A stretch of DNA of 64,000 nt, from positions 40,485-104,484 of the forward strand of contig JAEWGT010000015.1 of assembly GCA_023388175.1 (NCBI GenBank). The letters run 5' to 3'. Shown one piece after another: positions 40,311 to 48,583 of the stretch. Source of the DNA: Pseudomonadota bacterium. Lineage in GTDB: Bacteria > Pseudomonadota > Alphaproteobacteria > Rhizobiales > Devosiaceae. The notes beneath the pieces are model-generated. The model had not been told where the DNA came from. It saw only the letters and a list, made by a program, of their open reading frames with translations, and ran no database searches. Position numbers and translations under genes: made by a program. Numbering within the stretch: the first letter of the stretch is position 1; the number at the start of each line of letters is the position of its first letter.

Positions 40311-41786
40311 ATGTTTAAGTTATTTCCAGCGCGCAGTGCGCTGCGTTTCTGTTCCGGGGCACTTCTTCTTGCGCCGGCTTTACTCATGGGCGGCACAAGC
40401 GCCGCCGCTGCGGCTCAGTCGGCCATGTGCGACGACATCAACGCCAACTATATCAACGTCGTCCTGGCGCCCGGTCAGTCCACTCCGTACAGAAGCTACA
40501 GCTCGGCCCAGTACAAGCCTGGCGACCAGATCGTCATCACTGTTCATGACTCACCAGCAAGTGTCGGCTCACATTGGGTCCAGGTTGGAGGGCAGGGCAA
40601 TCCGGGCAATCCGTCCGATGTGAATTCCATCGATGGCCCAGGTTACGCCAACATTTCAGACCCAGGTTCGGTTACGGCCACCGTAACGGCAAATGGCAAT
40701 GTGAACGTCTCGATTACCGCGACGGTTACCGGCGGCGCTCTCGCCCCCGATTTTTCCTTCACCATCACCTGTACCTCCGCAGCGCCGGCAGCGACGCCCA
40801 CTGCTGATGCGGTGATGAATGTTGTTCAGCAAACCCATTCCGCCCTTGTCGCCCGAAGCATTTCCGTCCCGGGCCTGCAACAGCGGCTTGGGATGGTCGG
40901 CGGCGCCAATCCAGGCACTTTCGGGATCAATCCAAACTATGCGGGCGCGCAGCTGAATTTTGCAACCAGTCTGGTTCAATTGCAGAATTTCGGTGCTGCC
41001 GGTGATGCTGCTCATGCCCTGGCCAATGCCAACCCGCTCGACCAGCCTCTCAATTTCTGGATCGACGGCTCAGGGTCAATTCATTCCCGTACGGCCGCTG
41101 GCGTGGATTATTGGGGCAATTTCGGCATGTTGTCGCTCGGTGCTGATTACCTTGTCAGCACGGAACTGCTCGTCGGCCTTGCCGTTCACGGCGACGCCAT
41201 GCGCGATGCCAACATTACCGATACCATTTCCGGTCGCGGTGTCATGGCTGGCCCCTATATCTCCGCCGAGATCACTGACGACGTTTATCTCGACCTGGCG
41301 GCTTACTACGGCAAGTCGTGGAACGATGTCGCCATCGGAGCCTATTCCGGCACCTTCGATACGCAGCGTCTGGTTTTGACGGGCATGTTGAAGGGGGAAA
41401 TGAAGCTGGATGACCAGCTTATACTCCGGCCCAATGCCACCCTGTTCTATCTGCGCGAAGCGGCGGCAGCCTATACGCTGACCGACGGCGTCGGAGGCAC
41501 CATGGCGGGCAGTGCCTATGATCAGGACCAATTGCGTGCGTCATTGGGCAGTGAATTGCTGTACAGGATCGAGCTCGGCGACGGGCAGGCGCTCATACCG
41601 CGAGTGGGCGGAAATCTGGGCCTGTTAGGTACCGGCGGCGCGACACATCTGTTTGGCAATGCCTCGACGGGGTTGATCTATGCACCGAGCGACAGCGCCA
41701 ATATCGGTGCCTCCATCGAAGCCGCCGCCGATGGCACCGGCCTGCGTTCAATCGGCGCCCGCGCCACGGCCAGGGTTTCATTCTGA
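40311..41786 (+). CDS. Autotransporter beta-domain protein with short passenger
   Basis: Signal peptide, short Thr/Val/Asn-rich passenger, barrel region starting NFWIDGSG with LGADY and AGPY, terminal Phe (ARVSF). Confidence 0.78.
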   Translation: MFKLFPARSALRFCSGALLLAPALLMGGTSAAAAAQSAMCDDINANYINVVLAPGQSTPYRSYSSAQYKPGDQIVITVHDSPASVGSHWVQVGGQGNPGNPSDVNSIDGPGYANISDPGSVTATVTANGNVNVSITATVTGGALAPDFSFTITCTSAAPAATPTADAVMNVVQQTHSALVARSISVPGLQQRLGMVGGANPGTFGINPNYAGAQLNFATSLVQLQNFGAAGDAAHALANANPLDQPLNFWIDGSGSIHSRTAAGVDYWGNFGMLSLGADYLVSTELLVGLAVHGDAMRDANITDTISGRGVMAGPYISAEITDDVYLDLAAYYGKSWNDVAIGAYSGTFDTQRLVLTGMLKGEMKLDDQLILRPNATLFYLREAAAAYTLTDGVGGTMAGSAYDQDQLRASLGSELLYRIELGDGQALIPRVGGNLGLLGTGGATHLFGNASTGLIYAPSDSANIGASIEAAADGTGLRSIGARATARVSF

Positions 41787-41808
41787 CCGGGCAAGGCGTT
41801 CACAATCA

Positions 41809-41841
41809 CGGACTTCCCGGGCGCTCGCCCCGGGAAGTCCG
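41809..41841. terminator. Stem-loop after the autotransporter gene
   Basis: CGGACTTCCCGGG-N7-CCCGGGAAGTCCG 13-bp stem, no U-tract. Confidence 0.55.
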
Positions 41842-41866
41842 ACCGTACGAAGAGCGGAAATTAACA

Positions 41867-41881
41867 TGACAACATAAATCA
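41867..41881. promoter_or_regulatory. IRO box (RirA-type iron operator)
   Basis: TGA-CAACATAAA-TCA (TGA-N9-TCA) about 40 bp upstream of the iron-SBP gene. Confidence 0.65.
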
Positions 41882-41922
41882 TCTTTAGTATGGATGAATT
41901 ACATCCACGCTTAAGGTGCTTC

Positions 41923-42891
41923 ATGTCTTGCCGCCCGATTCTCGTTGCCGCCCTGCTTGTCGTTGGTCTGACGGCCCACGTGCAGGCACAGTCTTTTCCC
42001 GTCACAATTGCGCATGCCTATGGTGAGACCACCATTCCCGCAGAACCGCAGCGCATCGTTACCTGGGGCTGGGCGGCGCAGGATGCGGTCATCGCGTTGG
42101 GCGAGGTGCCTGTTGGCATTCCTTACTTCAATTATGGCGGCGATGAAAACGGTGCCCTGACCTGGACCAAGGATGCTGTCGCGGCACTCGGCGCGGAGTT
42201 TCCCACCATTCTGCCCGATGGTTTCGACCCGCCGATCGAAGCCATTGCTGCCTTGCAGCCGGACCTGATCATTGCCGTCTATTCCGGCATTTCCGAGGAG
42301 CAATACGAGGTTCTGAGCGGTATCGCCCCGGTCGTCGCCTTCCCCGACGCGCCCTGGAGCACGCCATGGCAGCAGACCATCACCCTGACCGGGCAGGCCC
42401 TGGGCCAGGCAGCCGAAGCCGAGGCATTGGTGGCCGAGCTTGAACAATTCATCACCGATGAAACGGCCAAATATCCAAAGGTGGCAGGCACGACCTTTGC
42501 GGCCATCGCCGAATATAATGGGGAAGTGGCCGTCTATGCGGATCTGGATTCCCGGGTGAAATTCCTGGTCGATGCCGGCATGGTTTCCGACCCCAGCGTT
42601 GCCGAGCTTGCCCAGGGCCAGGACTTCTTCTTCTCGCTCAGCTTTGAAAACCTGGAACAGCTTCGCAGCCAGGTCCTCATTTCCTATTTCGATACGCAGG
42701 AGGCCGATGCGGCCTTCTATGGCAATTCAGTTGTCGCTCTTGCGCCGCAAGTGGCCGCAGGCGCGGTTGCACATGTGATTGGCCCCGAACTCATCAACTC
42801 GGTTTCACCACCCAGCGCCCTGTCGCTCAAATGGGGTTATCCGCAATATATCCGGCTCATCGGCGAGGCCGCGGAAAAAGCCGCAAACTAG
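41923..42891 (+). CDS. Iron-siderophore ABC transporter substrate-binding protein
   Basis: FPVTIAHAYGETTIPAEPQRIVTWG, IEAIAALQPDLII. Confidence 0.9.
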   Translation: MSCRPILVAALLVVGLTAHVQAQSFPVTIAHAYGETTIPAEPQRIVTWGWAAQDAVIALGEVPVGIPYFNYGGDENGALTWTKDAVAALGAEFPTILPDGFDPPIEAIAALQPDLIIAVYSGISEEQYEVLSGIAPVVAFPDAPWSTPWQQTITLTGQALGQAAEAEALVAELEQFITDETAKYPKVAGTTFAAIAEYNGEVAVYADLDSRVKFLVDAGMVSDPSVAELAQGQDFFFSLSFENLEQLRSQVLISYFDTQEADAAFYGNSVVALAPQVAAGAVAHVIGPELINSVSPPSALSLKWGYPQYIRLIGEAAEKAAN

Positions 42892-42903
42892 AAAGATTTG
42901 TAT

Positions 42904-43884
42904 ATGTTCAAGAGAACTGCCTTCGCGGTCGGTGCTTTCGCCCTGTCGATTTCATCTGTCCAGGCCGCAGACACATTCCCCGTGACCGTTGAGCACGCGC
43001 TTGGGTCGACCACGATTGAAGCCAAGCCTGAGCGGGTAGTCACCTGGGGCTGGTCAGCACAGGATGTGGTTATCGATCTTGGCATTGCCCCGGTTGGCAT
43101 GCCCTTTTTTGCCTATGGCGGTGGCGATGACGGGATCTTGCCTTGGACCGAAGAGGCCATTGCTGCCCGTGGTTTTGACATGCCGAGTGTGCTGCCCAAT
43201 GGCAATGAACCGCCAATCGAAGCTATTGCGGCATTGCAGCCGGACGTGATCATCGCACCGTATTCGGGTCTCTCGGCGCAGGAATACGAGCTGCTCAGCA
43301 ATATTGCTCCGGTGGTCGCCTATCCCGACAAGCCGTGGTTCGGGAGTTGGCAGCAGGTTGTCAGCCTGACCGGCAAAGCATTGGGCCTGTCAGCGGAAGC
43401 GGAGGCGCTGATTGCCGAAACGACGAGTTTCCTCAAGGCCGAAGTCGCGAAATTTCCGGCCGCTGACGGCGCGGTCTTTGCCAATATCGTCAACCGAAAT
43501 GACGGTCAGGTTGCCGTCCGGCTGGAAGGCGATCCGCGGGTGCAACTGTTTGCAGATGTCGGCCTGGTCCCGGCGCCCGCGCCGGCCGACGCAGCGCTGA
43601 ATGACACGGGCATTGCCTATTTCGTATCCTACGAGAATTTTGACCGTATCCCGGCCGAACTGCTCATCAGCTTTTTCAACGATCAGAAATCAGCCGACGA
43701 TTTCTTCGCCATGGATTTGATCAAGCTGTCACCGCTGGTCTCCAGGGGTGCCTATACCAATCTCGTGGGTGAAGAGCTGACCATGTCGGTGAGCGGGGCG
43801 GTGACGCCTGTGTCTCTGCGCTGGGGCTTCCCCAAGGTGATGGAAGAGGTTGGTCGCGCCGCCGCTGCCGCCAAGCTCCAGTAA
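42904..43884 (+). CDS. Iron-siderophore ABC transporter substrate-binding protein (tandem paralog)
   Basis: FPVTVEHALGSTTIEAKPERVVTWG, IEAIAALQPDVII. Confidence 0.9.
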   Translation: MFKRTAFAVGAFALSISSVQAADTFPVTVEHALGSTTIEAKPERVVTWGWSAQDVVIDLGIAPVGMPFFAYGGGDDGILPWTEEAIAARGFDMPSVLPNGNEPPIEAIAALQPDVIIAPYSGLSAQEYELLSNIAPVVAYPDKPWFGSWQQVVSLTGKALGLSAEAEALIAETTSFLKAEVAKFPAADGAVFANIVNRNDGQVAVRLEGDPRVQLFADVGLVPAPAPADAALNDTGIAYFVSYENFDRIPAELLISFFNDQKSADDFFAMDLIKLSPLVSRGAYTNLVGEELTMSVSGAVTPVSLRWGFPKVMEEVGRAAAAAKLQ

Positions 43885-43891
43885 AAGCAAG

Positions 43892-43914
43892 GGGCCGGCA
43901 ACATATGCCGGCCC
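43892..43914 (+). terminator. Stem-loop after the SBP pair
   Basis: GGGCCGGCA-ACATA-TGCCGGCCC. Confidence 0.6.
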
Positions 43915-43972
43915 TATTCCTATCAAAACTCCTATTGACCTCTAGGCGATTTCCTATGCAGATGGCGCCACC

Positions 43973-45481
43973 ATGAGCGACATCCAATCCTTCCGCCAAG
44001 CCGTCGAATCCTTCATTTCCGCCAGAGGCTGGACGCCGACCCGCTTTGGGCGCATCGTCGCCGGCGATCCGCTTTTTGTCTTTGATCTGCGCGACGGTCG
44101 TGAGCCGCGCTCCGAAACGCGCGCGCGTATTCTCAAGGCCATGTCCGATTTTGGCGAAACCGATCGCCTGGCGCCGCTGCGTATCGGCGTGGCGGGGCTG
44201 GGCAATGTCGGTGCGACGCTGGTGCGTATCCTGCAAAAGGACGGCACGGAGTTGACGCGAAAACTCGGCCGCCAGTTGGAAGTGGTCGCCGTTGCCGCGC
44301 GCTCCCGCTCCCGCGATCGGGGTATCGATATTGCGGGACTTGAATGGTTTGATGACCCGGTCGCCCTCGCCAAATGGGACGGCATCGATCTGTTCGTCGA
44401 ACTCATCGGTGGCGAAGACGGTCCTGCCCTGGCAGCGGTCAAGGCAGCGCTGGAGATCGGCCGCCCTGTCGTTACCGCCAATAAGGCGCTGCTCGCCAAA
44501 CACGGCGTGACCCTTGCGCGCATGGCGGAGGAATCGGGGGCCCAGCTCGGCTTTGAAGCCGCCGTCGCGGGTGGCATCCCGGTCATCAAGACCCTGCGCG
44601 AAGGCCTGGGCTCGGCCCGCATTGCCAAGGTCTTTGGCATCATGAACGGCACCTGCAATTACATTCTGACGCGCATGGGCAATGAAGGAATTTCCTTCGC
44701 CGACTGTCTCAAGGACGCGCAGGCGCTCGGCTACGCCGAGGCCGATCCGACTTTTGACGTCGAGGGGTTCGACACCGCCCATAAGCTCTCGATCCTCGCC
44801 ACGCTCTGCTTCGGCTATGAGATTGCCCCCGACCGCATGCGCATCGAGGGCATTTCTTCGATCAGCCAGCACGACATTCAGGTTGCCGCTGATCTTGGCT
44901 ACAAGATCAAACTGCTGGGCATTGCCGAGCGCGTCGAGGGTGGAATTGAACAGCGCGTTCATCCCACCTTTGTGCCCAAGGGTAGCGCCATTGCGGGAGT
45001 CGATGGCGTGATGAATGCCGTGGCGCTCGAAACTGACCATGTGCACGAATTGCTGTTGGCCGGTCCCGGGGCTGGCGGCCCGCCGACGGCCTCCTCTGTC
45101 CTCTCCGACATTCTCGACATCGCCCGTGGCACAAGGGTGCCGCCGCTTGGCGTTCCCAGCGCCGAACTGCTGCCTTACGTCGAAGCGCCAATGCGCGCCC
45201 ACGAGGGTGGGTTCTATATCCGGCTCAGCGCCAAGGATGTGCCCGGCGCGCTAGCCGCCATCACTACGCGCATGGGTGAAAAGTCGATTTCCATCGATTC
45301 CGTCATTCAACGTTCGGACTTGTCTGCCAAGGCTGTCGCGCCGGATGGGTCCTCGACGCGCACCGTGGTGATGATTACTCAACAGACTTTGGAATCATCC
45401 GTGCGCGAAGCGCTTGCGGAGATCGCCGCAGATGGGTTCATAGTCGGCGAACCGCAATTGATCCGCATCGAAAAGCTTTGA
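43973..45481 (+). CDS. hom: Homoserine dehydrogenase with an extra N-terminal Cro/HTH-like module and a C-terminal ACT domain
   Basis: LRIGVAGLGNVG, VVTANKA, FEAAVAGGIP, GIMNGTCNYIL, LGYAEADPTFDVEG, ACT DVPGALAAI; 56-aa in-frame N-terminal extension; alternative start at 44141. Confidence 0.95.
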   Translation: MSDIQSFRQAVESFISARGWTPTRFGRIVAGDPLFVFDLRDGREPRSETRARILKAMSDFGETDRLAPLRIGVAGLGNVGATLVRILQKDGTELTRKLGRQLEVVAVAARSRSRDRGIDIAGLEWFDDPVALAKWDGIDLFVELIGGEDGPALAAVKAALEIGRPVVTANKALLAKHGVTLARMAEESGAQLGFEAAVAGGIPVIKTLREGLGSARIAKVFGIMNGTCNYILTRMGNEGISFADCLKDAQALGYAEADPTFDVEGFDTAHKLSILATLCFGYEIAPDRMRIEGISSISQHDIQVAADLGYKIKLLGIAERVEGGIEQRVHPTFVPKGSAIAGVDGVMNAVALETDHVHELLLAGPGAGGPPTASSVLSDILDIARGTRVPPLGVPSAELLPYVEAPMRAHEGGFYIRLSAKDVPGALAAITTRMGEKSISIDSVIQRSDLSAKAVAPDGSSTRTVVMITQQTLESSVREALAEIAADGFIVGEPQLIRIEKL

Positions 45482-45515
45482 CCCGTCCGGGTCGCCACCG
45501 GCCCAGGGGGAAATA

Positions 45516-46502
45516 ATGAAGCTCAGCAAGGTCGAAGACAGCCGCAATCCGGCCAATCTGCATCGCACGCTGACTCTTGAAATGGTCCGTGTCACCGAAC
45601 GCGCCGCCATAGCCGCAGCCGAATGGCGCGGCAAGGGCAACGAAAAGGCTGCGGACGAGGCGGCTGTTTCAGCCATGAAGGCCGAACTGGACCGGGTTGC
45701 CATTTCCGGGCGCATCGTCATCGGCGAGGGGGAGCAATATGAGTGCGATGCGCTCTATATCGGCCAGCCCGTCGGCGAAGGGCTGGGGCCTGAAGTCGAT
45801 ATCGCGGTGGATCCTCTTGAGGGCGTAACGCTCTGTGCCAAGAACCAGCCTGACTCCCTTGTCGTGCTGGCCATGGCCGAACGCGGTGGTCTGCTCAACG
45901 TCGCGCGCAATGTTTACATGCACAAGATTGCGATTGGCGCCAGCTATGCGCCAGAAATTGTGCATATCGACTGGTCAGCGACAGAAAACGTGAAAGCCCT
46001 GGCCAAAGCCAAAGGCGTACCCGTCTCCGAAATCACCGCCATCGTGCTGGACCGTCCGCGGCACGCCGGGCTTCTTGAAGAATTGCGCACGGCGGGCGTG
46101 TCGGTGAAGCTGCTCAGTGATGGCGACATTGCCGGCGTGATCCATGCGGTTAATACCGAAGATACCGGCGTTGATATTTATCTCGGCTCCGGCGGCGCGC
46201 CAGAAGGTGTCCTCGCCGCTGCGGCCCTGCGCTGTATCGGTGGGCAGATGCAGGGCAAGCTGATCCTCGACTCTCCCGACAAGCGTCTCCGTGCCAAGGA
46301 GATGGGGATCGAAGATCCGAACCGCATCTATGACGTTACCGATCTTGCGTCAGGCGACGTGCTCTTTTCCGCTACAGGCATAACTGACGGCTCGCTGGTG
46401 GACGGCGTAAAACTGCGCCGCGACACAGTTGAAACCAGCACAGTGGTGATGCGTAGCTGGAGCCAGACGACGCGCTGGATCAGGGCGAGACACGCCCGCT
46501 AA
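45516..46502 (+). CDS. glpX: Fructose-1,6-bisphosphatase class II
   Basis: RVTERAA, IVIGEGE, DIAVDPLEG, GGAPEGV, ATGITDG. Confidence 0.96.
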   Translation: MKLSKVEDSRNPANLHRTLTLEMVRVTERAAIAAAEWRGKGNEKAADEAAVSAMKAELDRVAISGRIVIGEGEQYECDALYIGQPVGEGLGPEVDIAVDPLEGVTLCAKNQPDSLVVLAMAERGGLLNVARNVYMHKIAIGASYAPEIVHIDWSATENVKALAKAKGVPVSEITAIVLDRPRHAGLLEELRTAGVSVKLLSDGDIAGVIHAVNTEDTGVDIYLGSGGAPEGVLAAAALRCIGGQMQGKLILDSPDKRLRAKEMGIEDPNRIYDVTDLASGDVLFSATGITDGSLVDGVKLRRDTVETSTVVMRSWSQTTRWIRARHAR

Positions 46503-46587
46503 AAGATTTGGCGCCGCCGCCGCCTCGCGCCATATGGCGGGGCCGAACCCCTTTCCACGCCACGTAAAATCCCCTAACCCTCACAGC

Positions 46588-48378
46588 ATGCCCGAAACCC
46601 CGCGTCCTTTTCTTGATATAACCCAATCGGTCACTGGCCGCGCCTGGGTTGATCGGCTGGACACCGGAACGGCCCGCATTGCAGGGGCTATAGGGCAGCG
46701 GTCCGGCATTTCAGATATTCTCGCACGCATTCTGGCTGGCAGGGGTGTCGGCGTGGACGACGCAGAAATCTGGCTGGACCCGACAATTCGCGTCCTCATG
46801 CCCGATCCGTCCACGCTGGCGGCCATGGATGATCTCGCGGCGCGTCTGGCGCGCGCCATTGCGGACAATGAATCGATTGCCCTGTTTGGCGACTATGATG
46901 TGGACGGCGCCTGTTCCTGCGCTTTGATGACCCGCTACCTCCGCCATTTCGGCCTAGAGCCGCAGGTGCATATTCCAGACCGCATCTTCGAAGGCTATGG
47001 CCCCAATATTGCAGCCATGGACAGACTGATCGATGCCGGCGCGAGCCTCATCATCACGCTGGACTGCGGAACCACCAGCGACAAGCCGATCGCCCATGCT
47101 CGGCAGCGCGGCGCGGATGTTCTGGTCGTCGATCATCACCTTGCCGATCACGAGCTTCCGCCCGCCACGGCATTGGTCAATCCCAATCGCCCCGATGACA
47201 TTTCCGGCCTGTCCTATCTCTGTGCTGCTGGCGTGACGTTCATGGTATTGGTCGCCGTGAACCGGGCCCTGCGCCAGCGCGGCGATACCGGTTTGCCTGA
47301 TCTGTTGCAATTGCTCGATCTGGTAGCGCTGGCTACTGTCTGCGATGTCGTGCCGCTGGTCGGTCTCAACCGCGCCTTTGTTATCCGCGGCCTTGAGATT
47401 GCCCGCCGCGGAGAAAAGCCCGGCCTTGCTGCGCTTGGACTTGCAGCGCGTATCAATGGTCCGCTCAATCCATATCATCTGGGTTTTCTGATCGGCCCGC
47501 GCATCAATGCCGGCGGGCGCATTGGCGATGCAGGGCTGGGTACGCGCCTCCTGGCTATGGATGATGAACACGAGGCGCTGGCCATTGCTGCGCGTCTGGA
47601 TGAACTGAACACGGAGCGGCAGCGCATCGAGGTGGAAGCGGTCGAGGAAGCCTGCGCGGCGGCGGAGGCCGAAATCGGAGCAGGGGACGGACCACCGGTT
47701 CTGGTTCTCGCATCCGAAAACTGGCACCCCGGAGTCGTGGGGCTGGTCGCAGCGCGTTTGCGGGAACGGTTCGAACGTCCGAGCTTTGCGATAGCCCTCA
47801 ATCCCGACGGCACCGGAACCGGCTCTGGGCGGTCAATGCCCGGTGTCGATCTCGGTTCGGCTGTGATCGAGGCGGTCGAAAGTGGACTGCTGCCCAAGGG
47901 CGGGGGGCACGCCATGGCTGCCGGAATTTCCCTGCGGCCCGGCGAACTTGGTCCTTTCCGCGCCTTCATGGCCGACAAGCTGGGTGGCAGCGTCAAAATT
48001 GCCCGCGCCGCCTCGGCGCTCAAGATCGACGCGGCGCTGACGGCGCGGGGCGCAACGATAGACCTGCTTCATGGTATCGAGCGAGCCGGACCGTTCGGTT
48101 CTGGAAATCCATCGCCGGTTTTTGTTTTTCCGGCCCATCGGGCGCGGTACCCGCAGATCGTTGGCAAGGGAGGGCATGTCAGTTTCACGCTGACATCCGA
48201 TGATGGCGCCAAGCTCAAAGCCATCGCCTTCCGGGCCGCAGGCACCGCGCTGGGCGACGTTCTCATGCGTGACAATGATCAGCCGCTTCACTTTGCCGGC
48301 TCGCTGTCGATCGACCATTATCAGGGCCGCGAACAGGTCCAGTTCCGCCTTCTGGACATTGCCCGTCCCCCACGCTGA
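46588..48378 (+). CDS. recJ: Single-stranded-DNA-specific exonuclease
   Basis: GDYDVDG, EGYG, LDCG, VDHH, GPRINAGGR, GGGHAMAAG. Confidence 0.97.
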   Translation: MPETPRPFLDITQSVTGRAWVDRLDTGTARIAGAIGQRSGISDILARILAGRGVGVDDAEIWLDPTIRVLMPDPSTLAAMDDLAARLARAIADNESIALFGDYDVDGACSCALMTRYLRHFGLEPQVHIPDRIFEGYGPNIAAMDRLIDAGASLIITLDCGTTSDKPIAHARQRGADVLVVDHHLADHELPPATALVNPNRPDDISGLSYLCAAGVTFMVLVAVNRALRQRGDTGLPDLLQLLDLVALATVCDVVPLVGLNRAFVIRGLEIARRGEKPGLAALGLAARINGPLNPYHLGFLIGPRINAGGRIGDAGLGTRLLAMDDEHEALAIAARLDELNTERQRIEVEAVEEACAAAEAEIGAGDGPPVLVLASENWHPGVVGLVAARLRERFERPSFAIALNPDGTGTGSGRSMPGVDLGSAVIEAVESGLLPKGGGHAMAAGISLRPGELGPFRAFMADKLGGSVKIARAASALKIDAALTARGATIDLLHGIERAGPFGSGNPSPVFVFPAHRARYPQIVGKGGHVSFTLTSDDGAKLKAIAFRAAGTALGDVLMRDNDQPLHFAGSLSIDHYQGREQVQFRLLDIARPPR

Positions 48379-48392
48379 ATCGGCTGGGGAAT

Positions 48393-48418
48393 GGATCCAA
48401 AACGCAGTTTCAGCCGTA
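48393..48418 (+). promoter_or_regulatory. sigmaE (RpoE-ChrR type ECF)-like promoter
   Basis: GGATCC-N16-CGTA versus the Rhodobacter sigmaE consensus TGATCC-N16-CGTA. Confidence 0.6.
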
Positions 48419-48583
48419 TTATGAGTTTGAGCTGCCGCTTGCATATCACTGCATCGCGGATAAACTATCACCATGGCGTCATCATGGAGGTTTCGCCCGA
48501 CATGCGACGCCATTGACGCTGGACTTCAGGCAGCCGCTTCAGGCCGCTGCCTGCTAACGCGGAAGCTGGACCTGGCGGCGCAT

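Noticed and set aside
43890..44170. Prophage remnant suggested by the Cro-like module
   Set aside because: No other phage genes, integrase or att sites; the module is in frame with a core gene
43721..45202. 493-aa minus-strand ORF opposite hom, considered as a divergent CI/S24 repressor partner
   Set aside because: It overlaps hom antisense almost entirely and has no HTH or S24 motifs
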